Assembly (NCBI RefSeq): GCF_006345805.1
Contig: NC_042998.1
Location: 140,120,001-140,184,000, forward strand
Length of the DNA stretch: 64,000 nt
Direction: 5' to 3'
Source of the DNA: Octopus sinensis
Taxonomy: Eukaryota
In this document: positions 37,838 to 50,100 of the stretch, piece by piece
How the letters are laid out: each line of letters opens with the position of its first letter
How positions within the stretch are numbered: the stretch's first letter is position 1
The notes under the pieces: generated by a model
The model's database searches: none
Told to the model about the DNA's origin: nothing
The model's input: only the letters and a program-made list of their open reading frames with translations
Program-made: the position numbers and the translations under genes

Positions 37838-39155
37838 AACAGAAAAAAAAAATGGAACAAAATGTTTGATTTCTGTTTATTTATTGGTGGGAAGATTTTA
37901 TTCTGTTTCTTTTTCATAAACGCTACCCTTTATCATCATCATCATCATTGCTGCCACTACCATCACCATCATAATCATCATCATCATCAGCATGCTGGGC
38001 AAAATGCTTAGCAGCATTATGTTTGTCTTTACATTTTGAGTTCAAATGCCACCAGGGTTGACTTTGCCTTTCATCCTTTCAGGGGGTCAATAAAATAAGT
38101 ACCAGTTAAATACTGGGGTTAATGTAATCAAAATTGCTGGTTCTTGCCAAACTGTCCAACTAATGCCAGCTTAGAAGACAGATATTAAAAGATGATGCTT
38201 AATCGCTTCAACAACTCAGCGCTGAATCTGTCTGAAATGTCCTGGAAAATAGGTCAGTTTCAAAACGTTGATGTCCAGGCCACAAAAGCTAAGTTTGAAG
38301 GGAGCTGTGGTCATTTCCTTTGCTTCTAGATTGAAGCAAATAGGAAATAACTCCTACTAACCAAAGACAAAAAACTTTTATTTTGTTACAGTGTTATCAA
38401 AACATCTAGCAATAAAGTTCTAAATTTACTCTTATAAACACTAGACAGGAACAAGCTAAGAGAGCTAAATAACAGGACTACAATATGTCTATAATGACTA
38501 TATGCCCCGGTAGTATTTGATCAGAGATTAAGGATGGATGGAGTGCAATCATTCTGTTGTTCCAGTCCCAAGTTTAATTCCAACTGTTGGCCAATTTGTC
38601 CCAAACTTCTTATCTTGAAGCAAAATTAACAAAGCAAATGTCATTTATCTGCCCTTTGATTTCTGATGCCATCTAACAAATACCAACCAAGATGGCATGA
38701 ATCAGCCAAGCTTTACCTGCTAGAAATAGCAATCCAAATGCTTTTAAAGTAGATCCCAATGCTGGATGTTCAAGAACCGAATGAAGGGCAGGTTTTCAAT
38801 CCCAGGATCATCCTGTTTCAAAAAAAGGTATAATAATGTCTATGTAGAGCAAATGTTGACTAAGATACAGGGGTCCCAGATGAACAGACAGAATTTTGCT
38901 TTTATTATTATTATTATTATTATATATATATAGTGTAATTCATTTGAATTAGGTACTTAAACTGTGGCACCTTGTTAGGATGAACTTATTTGCACACTCA
39001 GACAGGTGATTATCAAACTCTACATAGAAATTTTCCACCCAATATTCATGCAGTGTTGGCATGGTGAATAAATCCACTCTTGTTTGTTTAGACGTGTACT
39101 TTATATAAAGATACTTTCCAAATATTTCTGAAGTGCAGATTCCAGGGTAGGTGAG

Positions 39156-39367
39156 TAAAATATAAATGAATAACAAAGATGTATAAGTTTCAATTCATTA
39201 TGGCCATTTCAATCAACTCTTTTAATTGATCAATAAAAGCATTACATAATTACAGAACACTTTTCTTTGTAATGTAATGATGTAATGCTTTCATTGATCA
39301 ATTAAAGGAGTCACTTGAAACAGTTTGAATTGAAACTTATATGTCTTTGTTACTCATTTATATTTTA
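39156..39367. mobile_element. AT-rich palindromic element
   Basis: taaaatataaatgaataacaaaga...ttaattgatcaat versus attgatcaattaa...tctttgttactcatttatatttta; arms about 95 bp. Confidence 0.7.
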
Positions 39368-41739
39368 TATATATTTGTATATATACACAAACACAGGTGA
39401 GCAAATAAGTGCAAAACAAGGTGGTAAAAATAGTACATGAATACCAAAGGTAGAGTAATATACATTGATTAAATCTGCAAAATTATCACATCACAATTGT
39501 CCAACATATTGTAGTCATGTTATCTAGCTCTGTTTAGTTTTGGGCCACAAGCACTCAGTACACTCAACGGGGTGTTTGGTGTTAGGAAGGGCAGCCAGCC
39601 ATAAAAAAAACATGCCAAAACAGAGAGCCACCTAGTGTAATCTTCTATCTGGCCGGCTCATGTCAAATTGTCCAGCCCATGCCAGCAAAACAAGCTTAAA
39701 CACCCAGCATGTTCTTCCTAATACCAACCACTTTACAGAGTGTACCAGGTATATTTTAAGTGTCGTCAACATGGGTGCCTTTTATGTCACTGACAGAGTG
39801 AGTTTTGTGATAATTTTGCAGCTTTAATAGAAACATATATTATTTGACTGTTAGGTGTTCAGTAATTAGTTTATGTTTTGGGTTTGGAAGGTGAACCCAT
39901 ATATATTAAATGCAGAAAAGTGTACAAATCTATATTTGGGACCTTTAATTCAGAAAATCAATCTGAAAATGGTTACAAAGCATTCCTGTAATTTTCAAAG
40001 TTTTTAAAATTGAAAAGAATGTTAACAAAAAATAATGCTTAATAACTAACTGATGTACACCTAGTTTCTTTTTCAGCATAAAAACAGTATGGCCATCTGT
40101 ATACAAAGTAAAAAAAGAAAGAATTTTTTAAAAATTGCTAGATGATGATATAAACTATACTATTGTTTTATGGTTGCATCAATTGTTGCAGAGTTGGAAA
40201 TTGGAAACAATGCCTCAATCCCATTAATTAGAATCTTCATTACATACTCTAATGAACAAGTATTACTTAAAAATATATTTTTAATGGAAATGTAAAGAAT
40301 TTAGAGAAAAAAAAACTGATTACAGGACGAAGTTTAATTACAAAATAGTTGGAGATTATCCAAACAGAGAGATGCTCATTGAAATGTGAAAGAAAATGTA
40401 AAATTGCTTGAGTGGAAAAAAACATGCATTGTAATAACTTTCAAGTTATTACAAATGCAGTAAGTAAAAGACTGCCTGACTAAGCTGAAAGTTGTAGGAA
40501 TATTGCAATTTGGTATAGCCATGTCTTTGAGTCAAACAGCAAAAACAATTTTAATAAGTGCAGCCATGGCTGGGTGTTTAAATTTGTTTTGCAACCAGAT
40601 GATTTTAGGTTCAATTCCACTCCATGACACTTTGGGTTAGTGTCTATAATATAGCTCCATGCCAACCAATGCCTTGTGAGAAAACTGTGTGGAAGCCCAT
40701 TACATCATCATCGTTTAATGTCTATTTTCCATGCTGGCATGGGTTGGACAGTTTGACAGGTAATGGCAAATCACAGGGTGACTAAGAGCTCCAATGTTAG
40801 TTTTGGTTTGGTTTCTAATGCTGGATGCCCTTCCTTGTGCCAACCACTTAACAATGTGTACTGGATGTTTTTCTTGTACCACCAGCACCAGTGGGGGTCA
40901 CCAAGTAACTCACAAGACAGAAAAAGGAAAAGAACTACCACTACAAAGTGGAGATGAATACTCAAGGATGGAGTATTGAGACACTGAAGTACAAGAGAGG
41001 GACAGACATAGGTGACTTGCTATAGAGGGAGGTATATGGTTACCACGGGTGGGTCAGAGTAGTTGGGAGGAAGATATATCATCATCATTTAACATCAGTT
41101 TTCTATACTGGCATGGGTTAGACAGTTTGACTGGAGTTGGTGAGCTGGAGAGCTGCACCAGGCTCCAGACATGTTTTGGCTTGGTTTCTATACCAACCAC
41201 TTTACAGAATGTACTGGGCATTTTTTAGGTGTCATCACTGGCATATATATATATATATATATATATATCACTCACACACACACAGAAGGGATAAGTCTTA
41301 ACAAAAACTGTATTAGTCTGATGCTTAAAAAAGCGAATGAGCCTGAATGTTTTGGACACTAGTCCTTCATTAGAAGAGAAAAGTATAAAACTAAAGAAGG
41401 AATATGAAAGAGGAAAAGGAGCTGAGAAAAAATGTGTGTGTGTACGTGTGTGTGTGTGTGTGCATGTAAGTTTTTATGTTTAACACCCTACCACTTGCCA
41501 ACCTGTGTTGATTTGTTTCTTTCCTTGTAACTTATTGGTTCAGAAAAAGAGATTGATAGAATAAGTATCAGATTTTAAAAAACGAATTAGTACCAGATTT
41601 TTTTTTGTTTAATAAGTACCGGGGTCACTTTGTTTGACTGAACCCCACTTCAAGATGGTGCCCTAGAATAGTTGCAGTCCAATGACTGAAACAAGTAAAA
41701 GAATTTTAAAAAATAGAGTGCATTTCATGAAATTATTAA

Positions 41740-42262
41740 CTCTTTCGTTACTGTATTTATTTTGACATGCTATGTTTCTTTCAATTATTTTAAATATAAC
41801 AAATTATTTTAAACATAACAAATATAACAAAGAATTTAGTAAAATAACTTAGTTATCATTAAGCTAGTGTTAGGAACATAAATTGTGACTAAGGTTTGGT
41901 GGAATGTTTTAATTCAAAACTTATGAAAACAAGACATTTTACCACAGAGCCGGTTTTGGCCAGGTTAGTACCAAAAGGGTTATATTTTTACACTCATGCA
42001 ACCAGCTTAATAATGACAAGGTTAATTTAAGAAATCTTTCACTATTTTCAAGATTAATTAAAACAAAGACAGTATTTTTCAACAGAAACACAATAACAAA
42101 AGGGTTAAAGTCATCTTAATTAAAACCTTCCATCAAAATTTCATGCTAATTTATGTTCCAAATACTAACTTAATAATGACAGTTATTTTACTAACTTCAT
42201 TATTTTCAAAATTAATTGAAACAAAGGCAGAATATTTCAACAGAAAGACAGCAGCAAAAAGT
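41740..42262. mobile_element. piggyBac-like MITE (41740-41979) followed by related fragments
   Basis: ttaa|ctctttcgttac ... ccaaaaggg|tta is the reverse complement of 118-331. Related partial copies follow, one ending aaaagggttaa near 42108. Confidence 0.65.
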
Positions 42263-43967
42263 TTATCCTTCAATATCTTTATACAACATTCCCTTCGAAA
42301 TAGGTTTTACTTCTACTCCTCTCTATTTCCTCTAGGATTTTATCACGCAACTGTTTAATCTGTTTACATGTGTTTTCTACTTTAAAAAAAAAATAATAAT
42401 AAATTGTCGTTCTTACCATCCACAAATTTATATCCACCCCTACCTGTAACATCCACCTGAAACATCTCAACTACCTGTCCCACCTACTTTACCACCTCTA
42501 ATGTCTTCTAGCTTTGCTCAACACATTGAAATCCTTTCACTGTTACTCTCACCAACACCTGTTTCCATTACCACCACAACTACCACCACCACCACCATCA
42601 CCACTTTCCACTTCAGCAAAAATCTTTCTTTCTTACAGGCTTTCATTAATCATTAACATCAAAATGAACTTCTTCACTTTCATCTCACAGTCCCAGCCAC
42701 TCTCTGTTTAGTAGATTTCTCTACAACTTGCTGACCTCACAGGTTATCCTATCCTAATTGATTGCTTGATGCACAGCTAAATTTACGCTCCATCCACTAA
42801 TAAGAATTTGCCTTCTGTCTACTGACTGGCCACAGACAAACAGCCGATGATAAACAAGCAAGACGTGAAATACATTAACAAGAATGTTGCGGTTCTTTTG
42901 AAGTGTAGTCGGATTCTGTGCATTTAGAAGACAAAGGTTACGAAGTGAATGACCTTTGTCTTCTAAACACGTAGTTAAGGCCACAGGTCTTTTTCTCACT
43001 GACATATAGCAATAGGTAAGTTTTATTTGAAACTTTTACATCATTAAAAACGAAGTTATTGAGGAAAATATTAATTTTTCTCAGACACAAATATATTTAC
43101 TTGTAAGAACCACAAAGTAAACTAGATAATATAGGAAATGAGTGCTGGTTCCATAGTAAAGATCTATACAGGTAACAAACTACCTATATGCAACATGGTT
43201 TATATTAAGTGCATTGTTTCAAGCCATTGAAAGATATACTGGATAAATTATCATCAGCAGCATCATCATTACCATCATCATCACCATCTGTTTCCTATGC
43301 TGGCATCAGTTTGAGAGTTCAACAGGAGCTGGTAAGCCAGAGGATTGCACCAAAATCCAATGCTTTGGCTTGGTTTCAATGTCCAGATGCCCATCCTAAC
43401 ACCAACCAATTTAGAGTGCACTGAATGATTTTAACATGGGACCAGTACTAATGAGGTTCCAAGTAACTCATAAGGAGCAGTGCTGGGTGGGGTGGTGGCT
43501 TTTATGCTAGGTCTTGAGAAGTGAGTGCCATAAAAATATAATTTCAATTTATTTTGTATCAAAACAATTTCGATATTCTTTTATTCTTTTACTTGTTTCA
43601 GTCATTTGACTGCAGCCAAGCACTGCTTTGAAGTGTTTTTGTCAAACAATTCGACCCCAGGAATTATTCTTAAGCCTAGTGCATATTCTATTAGTCTCTT
43701 TGCCAAACCACTGAGTTACAGGGACATAAACACATCAACACCGGTTGCCAAGTGATGATGGGGTGATAAACACAGACACAAAGACACACATGCAGAGTAG
43801 ATAAATGAAAAACTTTAAACAGTTAAATCGAAGGAAATGAAGTAAAGACTTGAAGAAACTGCATCGGCATTATAGTAGGGTTGCAGTTGCAACCATTACT
43901 AATTGGTGCAGTTGAAACATGTGTAGGTCTATTTAAAGCTGTATATATGTGTGTGTGTGTGTGTGTG

Positions 43968-44301
43968 TGAAGGCACATGGCTCAGTGGATAGAGTGTCAG
44001 GCTTACCAATGTGAGGTTGTGAGTTCGAATCCCAGACCGAGCTGCGTGTTGTGTTCTTGAGCAAGACACTTTATTTCACGTTGCTCCAGTTCACTCAGCT
44101 GTAAAAATGAGTTGCGACGTCACAGGTGCCAAGCTGTATCTGCTGTTGCCTTTCCTTTGGATAACACTGGTGGCGTGGAAAGGGGAGGCTGGTATGCATG
44201 GGCGACTGCTGGTCTTCCATAAACAACCTTGCCTGGACTTGTGCTTGGGAGCGTAACTTTCTAGGTACAATCCCACAGTCAGTCATGACCGACGGGGGTC
44301 T
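43968..44301 (+). mobile_element. Well-preserved tRNA-derived SINE
   Basis: A box tggctcagtgg, B box gttcgaatcc, then the gttcttgagcaagacactt...cactcagctgtaaa core. Confidence 0.85.
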
Positions 44302-44359
44302 CAATACTATGCAACTTCGAAATAATCCTTATTATTATTATTATTGTTCATATATATAT

Positions 44360-45400
44360 ATACTGGATCATCCCATAAATAATGTGGGGTTTTTTATACT
44401 TCTTTTATTTTTCAAAATTAAGATAAACAAAGTTCTTTTTTAATCCAAAATATACTCTCCTTCATTTTCAACAATGCTCTGGTAGACTTGCAAGGCCCTA
44501 TCCAAATGATTTTGAAGACCCCAGAATAATTAATCATCAGATGGAGCAATGTCTGACGAATATGGTGGGTGGGGCATCATTTCCCATTCAAACTGCAGTA
44601 TGTGGCCGAGCATTATCCTGATGGAAGAACACTTTCATCTTGAAACCAAAGATGGTCGTTTTTCTTCTAGCACTGACTTAAGCCACTCAAGCTGCTTGCA
44701 GTAGATCTCCTTTGTTATCATTTGGTTTGGTTTAAAAGTTCCAAATGGACTAAGATTTTCATATCCTACCAAACAGATAACAACACCTTATGCAGTCACC
44801 TTCTTTGGCCTGGGGTACCAATGTTTCTCCTTTCCCTACCCAGTCTTCAGTGCTTGATATTTTTTATAGAGAACCCATTTCTTGTCATTAGTCACTATTC
44901 AGTCAAAAAAGGTTCATTCATGAGACGTGACAGCAAAGAAGAGCACAAGTTCACTCTCTGCACATGATTAGACTCAGAAAGTTTATGGGGAACCCATTGA
45001 CCCAATTTGCTGACTTTTCCAATGGCATGCAGGTGTCAATGAATGGTTGACTGACCAAATCCAAGCTTCTCTGCCAGTTCTTCAACAGTTATGATGGGAT
45101 TTTGTTCCACGAGGGTTTGCAGGACATCCTCATTGAGCTCTACATATCTTCCATGATGAGGCTCATCTTCTAGTCTGTAGTTTCTGGCTCGGAATTTCTA
45201 GAACTACCATTGGCACTGGCTTATGCTTATTGTCCGATCCCCATATACTACATTAATATTCCTCACACTTTCCATTACATTGTTACCTTTATTGAACTCA
45301 TAAAGCAAAATATGCTGAATATGCTACTTTGTCACTTCCATTATAGCTTTGCAAAAATAACTGTTAAAATCTAACTGCACTCTTCAAAACATGCTCTATA
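44360..45400 (-). mobile_element. Decayed mariner element
   Basis: Minus strand gives MEVTK.HIQHILLYEFNKG (N-terminus), FFHQDNARPHT and FEWEMMPHPPYSSDIAPSD. A TIR-like end ta-ctggatcatcccataaataatg is present. Confidence 0.85.
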
Positions 45401-45439
45401 CAGGATAGGCCAAAATATACATATATATATAGTAACTGA

Positions 45440-46092
45440 GATCTTTGGAGATATGCTGTACTTGAGAAGACCCAACAAGCCAAGTGAGACCATAATCCAG
45501 GGTCTATGCCAGTAGAGTATAACCAGCCCACTTATGAGTACACTTCATTCATTGGACAATAAACTTTGCTTGTGAAGACCTGTTGAGGCAAGTGAAATCA
45601 AAATCGCTGATGTGGCCTATGACAGTACCGCCTGATTGGCACTCATACCAGTGGAATGTTAAAAGCACCATCTGAACGTTATCGTTGCCAGGCATCATTT
45701 CCCATTCAAACTGCTCCAGTCTTTGGAATGTCATCCATGCTGATGGAAGAACACCTTTCATCTTGAAACCAAAGATGGTCGTTTTTCTTCTGGCGTGGTT
45801 GTTGTCAGTGCTGCCGGACTGGCTCCTGTGCAGGTGGCACGTAAAAATCACCTTTTGTGCATGGTCATTGCCAGTACCGCTTGACTGGCCCTTATGCCAG
45901 TGGCACATAAAAGCACCCACTACACTCTTAGAGTGGTTGGCATTAGGAAGGGCATCCAGCAGTAGAAACTTTGCCAGATCAGATTGGAACCTGGTGCAGC
46001 CTTCTGGCTCACCAGTCCTCAGTCAAACCAACTAACCCATGCCAGCATGGAAAACGGACGTTAGACAATGATGATGATGATGATGATGATGA
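45440..46092 (+). mobile_element. RTE 3'-UTR copy with a (GAT)n tail, carrying an embedded mariner fragment (45691-45794)
   Basis: Homologous to 54540-55075. Confidence 0.8.
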
Positions 46093-46290
46093 TATTGGGT
46101 GGGCAAAAAGTCACACACAAAATAGGTTCAATACACTCCGAAATTGTTAAAGACATGCTTCAATTTTTCTAATATAGAATAAAATAATGGCAAACACACA
46201 CATACTTGTACATGATGAACAAAATGGACAATAACAGAATATAAATAAAATGTTAAACGTTTTAGTGCATCGTTTTTGGTCCACCCTGTA
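46093..46290. mobile_element. Tc1/mariner-like MITE
   Basis: ta-ttgggtgggcaaaaagt ... cgtttttggtccaccctg-ta degenerate TIRs with TA flanks. Confidence 0.5.
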
Positions 46291-46337
46291 TACACACACA
46301 TATTACATATATATAAACACACGTGCACACGCGTGCA

Positions 46338-46371
<34 letters not shown>

Positions 46372-47409
46372 GGGCTTCCACAGTTTCTATCTACCAAATT
46401 CACTCACAAAGTATTGGTCAGACTAGGACTATAGTAGAAGACGCCCACAGTGCCGTGCAGTGGAACTGAACCTGAATCCACATGGTTGCAAAGTGAGCTC
46501 CTTAACCTGTACCTATATTACACAAAAATTGGGACAGGCAGGTGACATGACAAAGCAATTTTAGTCTGACCCCAAGTGAAGAAACAGAGGAAACTGTATG
46601 TACGCCCTTGCATGTGATAAAAATTGACAAACAGGAAGGAAGATATGTCCTGGATTAACAAAGGATAGAGGTGCGGGGATTTAAAAGAGTATAAAAAGTT
46701 ACTGGGGTATATAATATTGTATATACTAGACAATACTGTTACATCATTACTAAAATGAACACCTGCAGAGGAAACTAACAACAACAACAACAACAGCAGA
46801 AAGATCAAAAATAAACATTTAGAGTCAAGATGAAAGAACATCTCTGTTAATGCAGTATGTGTGTGTACATGTCTGAGTGTGTGTGTGTGTATGAGTGTTT
46901 GATAAGATTTAATATAAATTCAATAAATGTATATTACTTAAGGAGATTAATTTAAGTATATTACATATATATATATAGCAAACATTACACACCACACTGT
47001 TTAAGACATGTACACACACACATCCACATACATTCACAAGCACATACTCATGCATGCAGGTGCACACTAACTCATGCATATACATAGATTTGTATATTCT
47101 TATTAATATTTATAAACCATGAAAAAAAAAATGAAGCTAAATGATAAGGCCTTTTACATTAAAAGTCATTTGACAAACTATTTAAATCGAATCTTTTAAA
47201 AGTAGTTTTAGAATTTCAACTTTACAACATTGGTAAATAAGCAAATAAGAAATACTAAATTTTTTTTAGTTAAATCAAAGACTATGTATCACATAGACAA
47301 ACCACATTTTTTTGTTTTTTAATCTATGAAAGCATATTGTTTACATTTAATAGATGTTGCAGAAATATAGTCTGCACTGATCAACTACTTTATTTTCTTT
47401 CTTTCATTC

Positions 47410-47444
<35 letters not shown>

Positions 47445-48355
47445 ATTTATATAGGCATGGCTATGTGGTTAAGAGGATTGCTTTGTAACCACATGGTTTC
47501 AGTTTCAATCTTCCTGTACAGTACTTTGAGCAAGTATCTACTGTAGTCTCAGGCCAACCAATATCTTGTGAGTGAATTTGGTCCATTACTATTCTCAAGA
47601 AGACCCACCCATCACAACAGAATTGAGTTCCTGAAACCAAGGTACCATGTAAAAAGCACCTAGTGCACACTGTTAAATGGTTGGCATTTAGGAATTGTGG
47701 AGACCTTTTCTACATGAAACTATTGCTTGCCTTGTTAATCTACAAATAAAGGATATTTATCCACCAATGCAGTATTGAGCACTCACTCTCACTGTATGAT
47801 AACACACACATCAATCTATCCATGTCTGTGGGGGGGAGTGTGTGTGTAATAATTTTATATTCAGGTATACACCTTGTAGTATGCCATTTAAAGCTTGTTC
47901 ACTGTATTTAGCTACCTGACATCATCAACAGTATGGATGTAAATGCCACTGGATTTACTTCAGGAATTCCTTCATGTCCATAGGGTTTATAAAATATGAG
48001 AGAAATATGAGAGAAAGAAAATGGAATTCATATGACTATTATGCACTATAATTGATTCTACCCATCGTTCACCTGTACCTTGCAAGTGAGATGCTGTACA
48101 AACAAGTGTAGAGCACCATAGGTGCAATTGTGTCTCTTCAGGTGAATTGTCAAAAGGTACCCCATTTTTTATTCACCATTTCACTTATTTATATAACAAT
48201 ACATTTTAGTACTTGTGGTGTGCTGTACAGCTATACATCTATATGTGTGTGCATGTGTGTGTGTTCATTTCTCACCCTTCAACACATGGTGGGGGTCAAA
48301 CACACACACAGAAGAATTTCACTGAAAACAGTTCCACTTCAGGTATGAGAATAAA

Positions 48356-48823
48356 AATGATTTTAAATTTTGACACAAGGCCAGTGGTTATAAAGAAGAG
48401 GGTAAGTCAATACCGTCAAACCCTAGTACTTGATTGGTACTTAATAAACCCTGAAAGCATGAAAAACAAAGTTGACTTCAGTGAGATTTGAACTCAGAAC
48501 ATAAACAGCTAGAAGAAATACCACAAAACATTTGTTTGATGCACTAGTGATTCTGCAAGCTTGATACCTTAATAATAATGATGATGATGATGATGACAGT
48601 TCTTTCAAAATTTCGGCACAAGACCAGTAATTTTAGAGGGAGGGGACAAGTCAATTATATTGACCCCAGTACTTGACTGGTACTTTATTTTATTGACCCC
48701 ACCACCAAAAGGATGAAAGACAAAGTTGACCTTGGCAGAATTTGAACTCAGAATGTAAAGAGCCAGAAAAAATACAGAAAAAACAATTTTTCCAACGCTC
48801 TAATGATTCTGTCATCTCGCTGC
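48356..48823 (-). mobile_element. Two tandem Nin-domain-type SINEs
   Basis: Reverse-complement matches to 7369-8008. A further tandem pair lies at about 50953-51398 (-). Confidence 0.75.
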
Positions 48824-49189
48824 TTTCATTTTTGATATAACGACATTAAAATCAGAACCTTTTGATACCAGAGCAGCTTCGATGTTGTATTCAGGGGTTT
48901 GACTGATTTCTGTATTTGTTTTTTTTTTTTAAATATCAAGGTTTATTACAGAGAAATAAAAAACAAAAAGTTGACAGTAATTAAATATGGATTAATTTTC
49001 AAATTTCACAAGAATTAATATGGATCAATTTTCAAGTACACAAGCATTAGTAAGGAAAAAAAAAAAATAAATAAAAGACCAAACAACTTGACACAAAGAA
49101 AAAGCATGTTAACAAAATTTTTTTTTAAATGATTAAAGAACTGAAGAATTTAATTCAAAACAATTCTTCTTTAGGTTTATTTTTATTTT

Positions 49190-50100
49190 TGAAAAATGAC
49201 AGTGTTTCATTTTTGATGTAACAACATCAAACTTAGAGCTTTTTTTGATGTGAGAACATCTTGGATGTTGTCTTCAATGCCCAACCGATTCCTAAACTTT
49301 GTTCTCTAACTTCACAAATGCAGAAAATTCTTTTTTACAAAGGTAAATTCTTGCAAGCCATATTTTTGTTGCTTTCACACACATTTTTTATTTTTAAATC
49401 CTTCACCTTATCTTGAAATTCCCTGAAAGCTTCATTGCTGAAACAAAGTTCAGCAAATGCCATCTTCAAATCCTTTAGCCTCTCAAAAGCACATCAGCAT
49501 TTTACAGTTAAAGGAATTCACAACCCAAATGATGGTTCGTAAATCAAGCTCTGGAAAAGTAATCAGAGAACTGCTGTTATGATAAGATACCTTGTGACTG
49601 ACTATTTGATGATACAAAGAGTGACATCTTCACAATCTTCTAAAAACTGATGCTTTGATCAACTTTCCAGTTCCAATACAGAAGTTTTGAGCCAAATGAT
49701 GAAATCTTTTCTCATTCGAAGTTTTAGAATCTAAAAAAAAACATCCATAAGTTTTCCCTTACAATTTCTTGTTTATTGAACCAGGATATCTCCAAGAGAG
49801 ATCAGCTAAATATGAAATACACACCAACCAAGTAGAATTTCTGAATTGATCTGCAAGGGAAAAAATGCTTCAAGCTTACAGTGAGTATCTAAATATAAAT
49901 GAGACTTCATCACAAAGAATCCATCTTCTTTCAGTGTGAAAATGAGGTCTGAGTATTAAGCTCCTCACTCCATCCTCACATAACTTGCAAAACAGCCAAG
50001 TGTTTAGTGCTTGCCCTTTGACCATCTCAATCATTACAGCTTCAAATTCACATTCCAACTGTTTTACATCTAATAGCTGGTGATGGGTAATATAATAAAT
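49190..50100 (-). mobile_element. hAT (Buster; ZBED5/FAM200/SCAND3-like) transposase remnant
   Basis: VKGQALNTWLFCKLCE...HTERRW matches the Buster motif IKxRxLNSRLFxxLCxE...HTEVRWLS. The C-terminus EFSAFVKL..KFRNRLGIEDNI is near 49250-49330. Multiple frameshifts and stops. Confidence 0.8.

Noticed and set aside
43968-44045. tRNA gene
   Set aside because: A and B boxes are present, but I cannot fold a full cloverleaf and it continues into a SINE body with other copies (14036-14358, 26925-27000).
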